Origin: an uncultured Candidatus Saccharibacteria bacterium
Lineage (GTDB): Bacteria; Patescibacteriota; Minisyncoccia; Phycocordibacterales; UBA9973
Length of the DNA stretch: 52,453 nucleotides
Direction of reading: 5' to 3'
Assembly (NCBI GenBank): GCA_964548505.1
Contig: CAZJQE010000001.1
Location: 1 to 52,453, forward strand
Shown here: one piece after another, positions 25,978 to 35,100 of the stretch
How the letters are laid out: each line of letters starts with the position of its first letter
Position numbering within the stretch: the stretch's first letter is position 1
Notes under the pieces: generated by a model
Database searches by the model: none
What the model saw: only the letters and a program-made list of their open reading frames with translations
Told to the model about the DNA's origin: nothing
Position numbers and translations under genes: made by a program

Positions 25978-26376
25978 TTATTTAATGGAAGTAATAATAA
26001 AATACGCAATCACACTCGTGACAGCTGTAACCAGTATTCCCCAAGAAATATCGATCAAGGTCATTTTGGTTGGCCAGCCAGCAAGTGTAGCTTGATTTGT
26101 AAGATCATATGCCGAATACGCAGCAAGGCCAAGAACTGCCCCGCGCCACAAGGCTTCATGCCAAGATCCTGATGCTACTGCTGGCAATACTGCGAGCAAT
26201 AGCACTGCAAGTGCATAAATTGGATAAAAGAAAAGCGCTGGAGTAATGTTCATCGTTATTGAAAAAATTCCAGACATTAAATTTGCATAAAAACTTTTTG
26301 CCACAAGTCCAATCCAAATAGCATCAAGAGCAACGAGAGGTATTAAAGTTGAAACGTAATATATTATGTATTTCAT
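25978..26376 (-). CDS. DUF2177-like membrane protein
   Basis: The N-terminus LIPLVALDAIWIGLVAKSFY and four TM helices fit the family as recalled from memory. Confidence 0.6.
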   Translation of the reverse strand: MKYIIYYVSTLIPLVALDAIWIGLVAKSFYANLMSGIFSITMNITPALFFYPIYALAVLLLAVLPAVASGSWHEALWRGAVLGLAAYSAYDLTNQATLAGWPTKMTLIDISWGILVTAVTSVIAYFIITSIK

Positions 26377-26427
26377 ATCCTAATGATAACATTTTCTGAT
26401 AAAAAAGTTCAAAAAATCCCTTTCCAA

Positions 26428-26452
26428 CCTAGTAAGAACAGTTCTTACTAGG
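26428..26452. repeat. Perfect 12-bp-arm palindrome CCTAGTAAGAAC-A-GTTCTTACTAGG
   Basis: Lies in a divergent promoter region. It shares the AAGAAC-N-GTTCTT core with copies at 28646, 29292 and 45232. Confidence 0.8.
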
Positions 26453-26527
26453 GACTAGACTTTTTGTGTAAATATGGTAAATTGAAACTAGAAAATTGAG
26501 TATTCACTTCTTTAAAAACAACCACTT

Positions 26528-26935
26528 ATGGATAAAGTAGTTCATTTCGGGATGATTTTTATCATCATTGCAGCAACCTTGTATAGTGTTTCAATATTAA
26601 CCGAAAAGATACAGAAAAAACTAAAAAGATGGATGCTTCGCACCTTCGCTCTTGGTTTTCTTTCTGATATCGTTGGAACATCTACAATGATGGCTGCTCT
26701 AGTGGTAACCGGTAAATTTGGTTATCATGTTCCTTTTGGGATAGCGGCTTTATTAATTATGGGAGTCCATTTTTATTGAGCTATAAAATCTTTTAGAAAT
26801 CTGGAGAAATACCAGAAACTCTTTACTAAATGGTCAATTGTAGCCTGGGGTGTTTGGATGTCCGCATTAATTACCGGAAGTCCCCTACCAAAGATCATTT
26901 GGAATCTGATTAAAATTCATTTCAATATTCATTAA
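26528..26935 (+). pseudogene. Small 4-TM membrane protein gene interrupted by one in-frame TGA (26777-26779)
   Basis: The ORF stops at ...IMGVHFY(TGA). It then continues in the same frame for 51 codons (AIKSFRNLEKYQKLFTKWSIVAWGVWMSALITGSPL...) to a TAA at 26933-26935. The combined 135 aa looks like a single protein. Confidence 0.5.
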
Positions 26936-26953
26936 TATCTAAATCTTAATTTT

Positions 26954-27169
26954 ATGGCAAACAAAAGTTTTCATGTGTATCTTACGAGTACACAAAAAAC
27001 AAAATTGGAGAAGATTTTAAATGGAAAAATCGAACTAAAGAAAACTCCAATAGATCATGATTATAATAAACCACGTTTTAATGTATTCCCCGAAGAAGAA
27101 CATGTCTTCACGTTAAGACAGGCCTGTAGAAAACTTGGATTAACTTTACATGCTGATAGCGTGCAATAA
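26954..27169 (+). CDS. Hypothetical protein
   Basis: 71-aa ORF followed by a terminator. No recognised motif. Confidence 0.4.
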   Translation: MANKSFHVYLTSTQKTKLEKILNGKIELKKTPIDHDYNKPRFNVFPEEEHVFTLRQACRKLGLTLHADSVQ

Positions 27170-27193
27170 AGTAATCTTTAAAAACGGGAAAGG

Positions 27194-27225
27194 AAGCTGA
27201 ATGACAACATTCGGCTTTTTATTTT
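27194..27225 (+). terminator. Rho-independent terminator
   Basis: AAGCTGAATG-ACAA-CATTCGGCTT plus TTTTATTTT. Confidence 0.7.
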
Positions 27226-27231
27226 ATTAAT

Positions 27232-27270
27232 TACTTTACTAAACTAAAGTAGAATAAAGATAAAAAATTT
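27232..27270 (+). repeat. TACTTTACTAAACTAAAGT motif, copy 1 (extended form)
   Basis: TACTTTACTAAACTAAAGTAGAATAAAGATAAAAAATTT. Nearly identical to the copy at 28671-28709. Confidence 0.85.
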
Positions 27271-27346
27271 AGTAAGGGTTTATTGAGTAATAATAAGCAA
27301 GGACAAATTAAGTGAAAGCCTTGCTCGTGGATACTAGTTCGCGAAA

Positions 27347-27574
27347 TTATTTTGCGGGTTCGTGGATGGTCTCGGGTTTTTGGGGCATAACAAAGGCCAT
27401 GAAAATATAAGCAATGATTCCAGGGAAACAAGCCGTAAAAACAGCAAGGAGAATATAGAAAACTCTTAGAATTGTTGGGTCAATTTCAAAATACTCCCCC
27501 ATCCCTCCCAATACCCCAAAAATAACCTTATTGTCTTTGCTTTTATATAATCTTTTATTTTGCATTTTGTTCAT
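27347..27574 (-). CDS. PspC-domain membrane protein
   Basis: RLYKSKDNKVIFGVLGGMGEYFEIDPTILRVFYILLAVF. Confidence 0.8.
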   Translation of the reverse strand: MNKMQNKRLYKSKDNKVIFGVLGGMGEYFEIDPTILRVFYILLAVFTACFPGIIAYIFMAFVMPQKPETIHEPAK

Positions 27575-27637
27575 AGTTTTATTATATTACATCTTTAAAA
27601 TTTCATACAATCACACTCGCAAGGACGGTCCTTGCGA
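27568..27637 (+). repeat. 70-bp direct repeat, copy 1 (start codon plus promoter-like AT tract plus REP palindrome)
   Basis: TGTTCATAGTTTTATTATATTACATCTTTAAAATTTCATACAATCACACTCGCAAGGACGGTCCTTGCGA. Five or six mismatches relative to 28563-28632. Confidence 0.85.
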
Positions 27638-27746
27638 ATAACGGTATACAAAGTCGTCAGTTTGTATCTTTTTGGTCGAACAATGTATACAAACCATTTA
27701 TCCACATTTTATTGAAAATTAATCAATTTCTTGTTATACTCTCTTT

Positions 27747-27831
27747 GTAGTGAAAACTACCCTCGCCTGAAGGATACCAGGATTGTATTTATACCCAACC
27801 CGAGCTTTACCGCTCGGGTTGGTTTGTTTTT
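27747..27831 (+). ncRNA. Candidate antisense small RNA overlapping the 3' end of the NYN gene
   Basis: Plus-strand promoter TTGAAA(27712)-17 nt-TATACT(27735). Then an 11-bp hairpin CCAACCCGAGC/GCTCGGGTTGG (27795-27822) plus TTTGTTTTT. No plus-strand ORF. The hairpin loop contains the NYN stop codon. Confidence 0.4.
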
Positions 27832-28445
27832 AGGTTATATTGTAAGAATTGAGCTAGATTTTCTGCAGGAATAAATTTATCAGCAACACTTTGGAGTTCT
27901 TTACTCATACGATTACGGGTACAAACAATAATAACTTTTTTACCTTTACTTTTTAAGTATCCTAGTAAGCCACCAAAATCACTATCTCCAGAGAAAAGCA
28001 TGACTGTGTCATATTTATCAATCTTTTGTAACATAGTCATAGTCATTTCTACGTCAAAATTACATTTTGGGAATTTCCCAACAAAAGTACCATCCTCGTC
28101 ATAGTGGGGTATCATTTTTATAGGTTTTGTTTTAACCTGAAAACCAGCTCTTCCGGCCTTATCTATTCTCCATACTGATTTATTATGTTTATCTTTTCCT
28201 TGATCTTCACTGAAGTGACCATAGTAGAAAAACTTCTTTACAGGAGAAACCGTATTGCAGACTTCTGCCAATTTTGTGATATCAACTTCTATTGAAATTT
28301 TAAATTTATTTTCTTCTGGCCAAAAATCTTTAGCCCAAGGACGGACATTACCAAAATCAATAAAAGTAAAAATCCTGCCATAATCTTCTGCTTTAAATAG
28401 ATAGCATTTCTGAAAATGTTCATGTTTTAAATCTTGTAAATCCAT
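27807..28445 (-). CDS. NYN/LabA-like (PIN-related) RNase domain protein
   Basis: FIDFGNV at the N-terminus, CNFDVEMTMTML and DTVMLFSGDSDFGGLLGYLKSKGKKVIIV match the NYN/DUF88 signature. Confidence 0.7.
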   Translation of the reverse strand: MDLQDLKHEHFQKCYLFKAEDYGRIFTFIDFGNVRPWAKDFWPEENKFKISIEVDITKLAEVCNTVSPVKKFFYYGHFSEDQGKDKHNKSVWRIDKAGRAGFQVKTKPIKMIPHYDEDGTFVGKFPKCNFDVEMTMTMLQKIDKYDTVMLFSGDSDFGGLLGYLKSKGKKVIIVCTRNRMSKELQSVADKFIPAENLAQFLQYNLKTNQPER

Positions 28446-28562
28446 AAAATAATTTTATCACAACTCCCCGCTAAATGCTTTTTGAGAACTAATTTCTTTA
28501 ATTCTTCCAAGTCTGCTAACTTTTTCTTATATATTTCTTCAAGTTTTTTAACTATTTGTTAT

Positions 28563-28632
28563 TGTTCATAATTTTATTATATTACATCTTTAAAATTTCA
28601 TACAACCACCCTCGCAAGGACCATCCTTGCGA
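28563..28632 (+). repeat. 70-bp direct repeat, copy 2
   Basis: TGTTCATAATTTTATTATATTACATCTTTAAAATTTCATACAACCACCCTCGCAAGGACCATCCTTGCGA. It carries an orphan ATGAACAA start that reads only MNNNK-stop. Confidence 0.85.
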
Positions 28633-28645
28633 GTAGTCCTTGCGA

Positions 28646-28662
28646 GCAAGAACGGTTCTTGC
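28646..28662. repeat. Palindrome GCAAGAAC-G-GTTCTTGC
   Basis: Read directly. It is adjacent to a partial TCCTTGCGA half-site. Confidence 0.8.
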
Positions 28663-28670
28663 ATATTTCC

Positions 28671-28709
28671 CTACTTTACTAAACTAAAGTGGAATAAAGA
28701 TAAAAATTT
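28671..28709 (+). repeat. TACTTTACTAAACTAAAGT motif, copy 2 (extended form)
   Basis: CTACTTTACTAAACTAAAGTGGAATAAAGATAAAAATTT. Confidence 0.85.
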
Positions 28710-28742
28710 GGAAAAGAGACTGAGCAAGGGTAATCCTTGCAA

Positions 28743-29270
28743 TTAATTACTTTCCCATTCTGCTATTAATAAAGACTCAGGTAATATTCCGCAAGAAAGT
28801 GCCCCTTCAATAAATTTAAGCTGACCACTGGTAAGTTTATCTTTTCCTTTATTTTTTGCTTCACAAAAAAGAATTTCATTCCCTTTCCACGCAAAAACAT
28901 CAAAGCATGCACTTGTTTTTGCTTTTGTCCATATTTTTTTTAATAATTCTTCTTTTTCCTTTGGAATTGATATATGCTCTGTTTTCAACTTCCAATCTTT
29001 CGGCATAGTTCTTAAATAATGTGTTCCCCCGTATGTTTCAACCCACACCCCACTCCAACCATCTGCTAGTAAAATACGCAAGATAACCAATTCTGCAAAA
29101 ATTGGTTCTCCGCCATAATCAACAAGTGGCTTCCCTCCATAATTAAAATTATTTATTGGTTCTTTCCATAAAGAAAATTTTGGGTTACACGTCGGCAGGG
29201 CGACAATTTTCCCCGATGGTAATGAAATATTGGTTTTTTTATTAGGAATTAAAATAGATGGTAGTTTCAT
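28743..29270 (-). CDS. VRR-NUC-like PD-(D/E)xK nuclease, putative
   Basis: The C-terminal half ...CFDVFAWKGNEILFCEAKNKGKDKLTSGQLKFIEGAL fits D...E-x-K followed by the conserved Gln helix of VRR-NUC domains. Confidence 0.55.
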   Translation of the reverse strand: MKLPSILIPNKKTNISLPSGKIVALPTCNPKFSLWKEPINNFNYGGKPLVDYGGEPIFAELVILRILLADGWSGVWVETYGGTHYLRTMPKDWKLKTEHISIPKEKEELLKKIWTKAKTSACFDVFAWKGNEILFCEAKNKGKDKLTSGQLKFIEGALSCGILPESLLIAEWESN

Positions 29271-29291
29271 GAATTATTTTTAAGCAATTTA

Positions 29292-29310
29292 AGCAAGAAC
29301 TGTTCTTGCT
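29292..29310. repeat. Palindrome AGCAAGAAC-T-GTTCTTGCT
   Basis: Read directly. Lies between the DUF2075 and VRR-NUC genes. Confidence 0.8.
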
Positions 29311-29335
29311 AGGTAAAATAAATTTTCTTATAAAA

Positions 29336-31309
29336 CTATATTACTTCAAATCCAATACTTTTTAAGTAGTCAAATATTGGGTTGTAAAAATCTGGGTTAC
29401 GGGTAGGATCTAAAGGATCACCAGGTGGGATTACAATAACCATTCCTTGTCTAGCACGAGTGAGTAAAACACGATACGCATTTTTTAAATACATTTGTCG
29501 TTCAACTTTTTTAATATAATTCCATTTACTACCAACAAAGGATCGATGATCCCAACCATTTTTTGTATACCTAAAATCAGCATCCCAAAATACACACGAC
29601 CAATCTAATTCCAAACCTTGGATATCAAATTCCGTTGCTACGTCTTCAAGATAGTAGGATGACCGAACGTCTTCCTTTCCGTCAAGAAACCAATGAATCG
29701 GATCCATTGGAGACTTCACAAATATTGCATGTGGTTTTAATCTCTCTGCCTGCGAAGAAACAACCATACCGTAACGTTCAGAACCACGAGCTTGTTTTTT
29801 TAACCACTCTTTTGCTTTTGAAATATCACGAGTAATTACAATTGGGTATTTTAATCTCACCTGTGCTAGTGTTTTTTGTGCTTCCATCACATTCATATCT
29901 AAAATCTGCTTTACGAGCAAAGAAACATGCTCTGCACGAAATGAACGCATTGAGACAGACAAATGCAACTCGTCTTTTGTAAATACATTTTTATGAGTTT
30001 TAATTTGGTCTAAAATTTTCCCCGCACCGTACTCACTATCAGTAAGTCGAGAAGATATATAAATATTCCAGTCTGGAAATGAACGATTTAAGCATTCAAT
30101 CCATTCGCTAATTCCTGCTTCCCCTGTATTTATTTCTTGACCTCCTCCAACTAAGCAAACGACAACTGCCCAATCAGGATGGCGATCAAGACAAGAAATT
30201 AGGAACTCCGGTTCAGATTGATTAAAATATGGTATACCTTTCTTTCTTTGCATAAAATTTGCTGTTTGCGATAAATTCCAAGCTCTCTGTGCTTCATCAA
30301 AAAGAGCAACATGTTCAATCGGTGGTTTTTCATCCTTAAGACAATCATCCCGAAAATTATGAACGTTTTGAATAAATAATTTAACATTCCGCATTGCATC
30401 ACCTTTGGTAATTTTATTTCCTTTTTCTTTTTCGTGAGAAACTTTATCACGAGTTAGTGCTTCCCGTAATATAGCGACAAGCGGTCCGTTACCAGAAAGA
30501 AAAACACTGTAAAGATCATTCGCTTTATCAATATGTTTATTAGCAATATTTAATCCAACTAATGTTTTTCCAGCACCTGGTACTCCAGTAATAAAGCAGA
30601 TCGATTTTCGTGATTTATCTCGTGAAGATTTAATTATTTCTGATACAACCTCGGACGTTTGGGATAAATTAATTGCCCCGGCATCACTTCGTGAAATATT
30701 TTCAACAGAATGACCTCGGTACAAAGCCATCGCCGCCTCAACGATAGTAGGTGTCGGACAGTATCTTCCTTTTTCCCATTCGGTCATATTAATAGTAGCA
30801 CCACCCAATAGAGACAGAGTATTATCTATGACGATCTTTAACGTTTCCACACTCGATTTTATAGGGAAAAGTACCTTATCGCTTTGCGGAGTTAATAAAA
30901 TTACAGGGGTAATATTTTTTGCTTTCGTTGCAATAAGAACGGGAGCAATGAAATGATCGTGGCTTGAGCTATGAAAGTTTTTTAAGTCTAAAGCGTAATC
31001 CCAAACTTGATCTACTGCACTTGAAGAAAATTCTTTATCTCCAACTTTAAATTCAAAAATAAAAATAGTTGATCCAATAATTAAGACAACATCAATTCTC
31101 TTCCCCATTCTTGGAATGGAGTATTCAAAATATATTGAACCAGAATAGGAGGCTAAAACTTTTTGCAGAATATTAATTTCTTCTACCCATGCATCTCGTT
31201 GATTTTGCCCTAAATCAAAATCACTATTTCTTGTTAGTTTACCAAGTATCTCGTCTACATCAGATTTTATGAAAAGAGCAATCGAATTAGAATAGTATTC
31301 TCGTTTCAT
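29336..31309 (-). CDS. DUF2075 / Schlafen-type ATPase with an N-terminal PD-(D/E)xK-like module (Nhi-like)
   Basis: N-terminus ...[22 protein letters not shown] (D..E-x-K). Walker [12 protein letters not shown]. Walker B-like [12 protein letters not shown]-terminus ...[14 protein letters not shown]. Confidence 0.75.
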   Translation of the reverse strand: MKREYYSNSIALFIKSDVDEILGKLTRNSDFDLGQNQRDAWVEEINILQKVLASYSGSIYFEYSIPRMGKRIDVVLIIGSTIFIFEFKVGDKEFSSSAVDQVWDYALDLKNFHSSSHDHFIAPVLIATKAKNITPVILLTPQSDKVLFPIKSSVETLKIVIDNTLSLLGGATINMTEWEKGRYCPTPTIVEAAMALYRGHSVENISRSDAGAINLSQTSEVVSEIIKSSRDKSRKSICFITGVPGAGKTLVGLNIANKHIDKANDLYSVFLSGNGPLVAILREALTRDKVSHEKEKGNKITKGDAMRNVKLFIQNVHNFRDDCLKDEKPPIEHVALFDEAQRAWNLSQTANFMQRKKGIPYFNQSEPEFLISCLDRHPDWAVVVCLVGGGQEINTGEAGISEWIECLNRSFPDWNIYISSRLTDSEYGAGKILDQIKTHKNVFTKDELHLSVSMRSFRAEHVSLLVKQILDMNVMEAQKTLAQVRLKYPIVITRDISKAKEWLKKQARGSERYGMVVSSQAERLKPHAIFVKSPMDPIHWFLDGKEDVRSSYYLEDVATEFDIQGLELDWSCVFWDADFRYTKNGWDHRSFVGSKWNYIKKVERQMYLKNAYRVLLTRARQGMVIVIPPGDPLDPTRNPDFYNPIFDYLKSIGFEVI

Positions 31310-31312
31310 AAT

Positions 31313-31504
31313 TTATTTAACAAAATAATCTAAAGATTTTTTATAAAGTTTTGCAAACTCCTTAAGTTGCAAAACATCGAATCGTCTTTCCCCAGCTTCA
31401 AGTGATAGCGAAATCGCCAAATCTTTTGGATTGTGGAACTGTTTCCAGTCACGAGCTTCCCGGAAAGCCAATATTTTCTTCAATAGTTTGTCTGTTTCCG
31501 CCAT
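31313..31504 (-). pseudogene. Chimeric remnant: MazG-like pyrophosphohydrolase N-terminus fused to an XRE-HTH C-terminus
   Basis: ILAFREARDWKQFHNPKDLAISLSLEAGE is the start of a MazG/dCTPase-like helix pair. ...LQLKEFAKLYKKSLDYFVK looks like the end of an HTH_3 domain. At only 63 aa, neither domain is complete. Confidence 0.45.
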
Positions 31505-31626
31505 TTGGTTATTCTACCACTTTATTAAGAAAAATCTATTAAGATTAAAGGGGTAAACTATAAGTGTAGTTTTTCCAAATTTACGTAATTTTTGATAAAA
31601 TATAGATGGAAATTTTATGTGGAGTA

Positions 31627-31647
31627 TACTTTACTAAACTAAAGTAG
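31627..31647 (+). repeat. TACTTTACTAAACTAAAGT motif, copy 3
   Basis: TACTTTACTAAACTAAAGTAG, about 125 nt upstream of the minus-strand ATG at 31504. Confidence 0.85.
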
Positions 31648-31736
31648 AGTATATTTTACTATATGAGTATGAAAACAAAAATACCTAGGACTCCCCTTGA
31701 TATTTTTCTATTTACGCTATCGCTGAGATTAGTATT

Positions 31737-32096
31737 TTAGCCGATTTGGAAATTGTTAAGGGCCATGACAAGGCCAATGCCCATGAAAAGCAAGATTGAG
31801 ATAATAACTAGAACAACATGCAAAATATATAGAAATACTTTGTTTATTTTAAAAGTTTTTTTGATTACGTAAGGTATATAAAAACTTAAAATTGGAACTA
31901 AAACAAATAAAAGAAATGCAAGAGAATAACCTAAGAAGTTACTTGTACTATTTTCACGTACTAAAAACCATTCTCTAGGAATAATTAAAAACAAACCGTA
32001 AAAAACACACCAATAAATTGGATAAATTAAAATAATAAAAATAGTTTTTCCCCACCATTTATCTGTATGAAAAAAGTTTTGAATCCAATTAATCAT
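31737..32096 (-). CDS. Polytopic small membrane protein, unknown function
   Basis: Four TM helices. No recognised motif. Confidence 0.5.
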   Translation of the reverse strand: MINWIQNFFHTDKWWGKTIFIILIYPIYWCVFYGLFLIIPREWFLVRENSTSNFLGYSLAFLLFVLVPILSFYIPYVIKKTFKINKVFLYILHVVLVIISILLFMGIGLVMALNNFQIG

Positions 32097-32181
32097 TCCT
32101 TTATTCTAACGCTTTTAACATTTTCGTGCAATCAATACGATAAAAATAATACATAATGATCTCTAACGGGACTTACGTCCC

Positions 32182-35100
32182 TTATTTCTGTTCACGTCTT
32201 CTTGCAATCAACACGACTAAAATAATTCCAAAAACTGTGATTAAGACCAAAATTAATTTGATATTTTCGGTTGAATTTATTGCTGAAGCGGTTTGACTGG
32301 TATCTAAATTTTTATTTTGATTTTTCGCTATGTTTTTGGTTTCAAGTTTATTCAGAGTAACTTTTTTATTTAAGAACGGTCCCCGAACGAGAGTCTCTGA
32401 CTCCGTAATGGGCATGTCTTGGACTCCTTTAAGAATGGTTCCTTCAGGTAAATTTAAATTCGCTCCTCCTTCGCTATTAAGCTTCGGAAGGACAAGTAAG
32501 GACTGACCTTTGGCTTCATTAAGAACTGACCTTTGGGAATCAGATGTAAGTAAAATCCCACCACCAGCAGAATGTCGTATCGGTATATTATTTTCAACAA
32601 TTGGAATAGCAGAAGGAACAGAAGTTGCTTTGATAATAATTTCTTTTATCTGCTCTACGTTGCCGGCTTTATCTGTAGAAAAATATTGAACTACAATATC
32701 GGAGCCTCCTGGAGTAGATGTAATGGTTATTGGATTTTCATTTTTTTTCCAAGTCACTCCCCCGTCGAGCGAATAATCTGTCTCTAAAATTCCAGAATTG
32801 CCATCTATCGGTAAAAGCGTAACGACATTGCCCGAAACTTCACTTTGGGTCTCGGGGGCAATTATGTCACTTGCTTTTTCATGGTCTAAAGTTACATCGG
32901 GCAAAATTTCTTTTTCAAAATCGCCATCTCCGTCTTCATCAACTTTTACAATTGGGTTTACAATATTTCCACTCTCGTCTGGAAAAGAAGTTTCTGGAAT
33001 ATCAATTTTTATAACTTCATTTCCAGTATCACTTGGAATATTATTGAATTCTATTTCTTTAATTTTCTCATCATTGCCATTTATGTTTCCTATTGAAATA
33101 TCATAGGATCCTGCGCTAACTCCCCCACCTCCGCCTAGTGTGCCGTCAGTGTTCACAGTAGTACTTATAAATTGATAACTCCCTCCCCTTGGTAAAAATA
33201 CAAAAGTTGCTCCACCAATACGGTCGTACTGTACTCCAGGGATATTGTTTTCAATTGGTACGTTGTTTGTGTCAGTGTCTTCCCCGCTTGAATTTATATT
33301 TTCAAGAGGTCCTGTGCGATTGCCCAACTGATCATAGATGACTGGTAAAACATTTTTTTCTAGTTCAAGAAAACTTTGCAAGCTAATCACGACTCCATCT
33401 ATATCACAAGAAAGCATTGTATTTGATACATTTGGGAAATTGGCTGGAGCTTCACCTTTCAATAATGAGACAAGGGTTTCTTTTAAGCCACTTGCCGACG
33501 GCAAGGTGCTATGAGAATAACCTTTCACATAATATTTCTTGTTGTACTTGCCGTTGCTCGCAGATACTATAGGCACCGTGTCGTCGCCATTACCATAACC
33601 AATTTGAAATGTGTCTACAAGTTTGGTCCAAAGCGTGGTCCAAGATTTTTTCTTTTTGAGAGTTATATCCGTAATTGTTTTAGTAGTGCCACAACCGGTA
33701 AAATCAGCAGTGTTTATACCCGAAAGGTCAAGATTATCAATACTCTCGTGCAAACTCTCGGCAATCGGAAACATTTTTGAATTCCTGCCATTTTTCAGCA
33801 TAAAATTTTTCGTCTCATCATATGAAAGATATGGTGTACCTAAAAGCACAATCGGACGCGGAGTTGCCATATCATTCACATATTTTCTCCCCAAATCATC
33901 AACATATTTTTTACTTGGAAGAAGTTCAAAAACTCCAGGCATATTTTGAGAAATAAATTTTACTTTGTCTGGATTTAAGAATCTAAATGGAGAAACATCT
34001 TTTATATTTATTCCCATATCATCTCCATACATCAAAGCCTTGAAGGCTTTCGGCGCACCAATATGAGGCGTTGCAATAAAAATAAGTTGGTCAACTTTAT
34101 CTCCACCATTGTCAGCAATGTATTTCTTCGCAACGAGCCCTCCCATGGAATGTGCCACAAGGTCTACTTTGGCGGCCCCAGTTTCGGCGAGCACCGCATC
34201 AATTTTATCTTTTAATTTCTGGGCACTATCTGCATTTGATTTTCGCCAATCATACGGAAAAACAAATAAATCTTTCCCTTCTTTATAGCCTGCCTTATTT
34301 AACTCTGAAATCAATCCGCCAAATGTATCACTATTAAAACTCTTGCCTAGCATATCAACTTTGACACTACGAATAATGTCACCCAATTTCATCGGACGTT
34401 CAGGGTCATCAATGCCACTAGGCAGAAGTGCTAAGTCATCCAAGAAATTGTCGGAAACTGAAAGAATGAGTTTACTTATGTTGGGCCAAAGTTCCCCAAA
34501 TTCGCCATAATCTTTTTTGATTTCTGTACCCATGATGCCGGGAATCAAAATAACTGGGTCGCGAGTTTTGCACAATTCATTTTCACAAAATGGAATAAAG
34601 TCTACGTAGTTCGAAACGATCCCTGCCGTGCCGGTAGGATTTTTGTCAGGATGAAATGGCCCCGAACTATTGCCCCAGAAATTGTTTTCGGCATTTATGT
34701 TTTTCGGAATATTTGGATAGGTATTTATGCTAAAGTTTGGAAAATCTATAATTTTTGAATTGTGAATTTCGGCAATAATAACCGAATCACCAAAAATCGA
34801 AATAGCATCTTGCACTCCACCTGAAAAAATAGAATGGTCCACATCGAGACTCGAAGGTTGGCTGACATATGGAAAAGTATCATAAACTTCAATGCAAGCG
34901 TACTCTGGACAATTCGTCATCTTAGAATTTTCAAGATTGAAATTGCTGTGATTGTAAACACTTACAAAATCTCCATCTTTGGAACCATGTGAAAAATCTA
35001 AATCATCCCCTGTTACTGTGCTATTTCTATAAACCAAAATCGCGGGATGAAAATTGCCAGTAATATTTTTTATCGTAGTATCTTTTATATTTAAAATACT

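Noticed and set aside
27643-27675. Hairpin GTATACAAA-GTCGTCAG-TTTGTATC plus TTTTTGG as a plus-strand terminator
   Set aside because: The structure is plausible, but no plus-strand gene or promoter precedes it. It may be a relic, so it is not listed as a feature.
28446-28565. Open frame upstream of the NYN gene reading IVKKLEEIYKKKLADLEELKKLVLKKHLAGSCDKIILWIYKI
   Set aside because: It looks coiled-coil-like but has no in-frame ATG, GTG or usable start after the preceding stop. It is out of frame with both the orphan MNNNK start and the NYN ATG. It is probably a decayed fragment and is not called as a gene.
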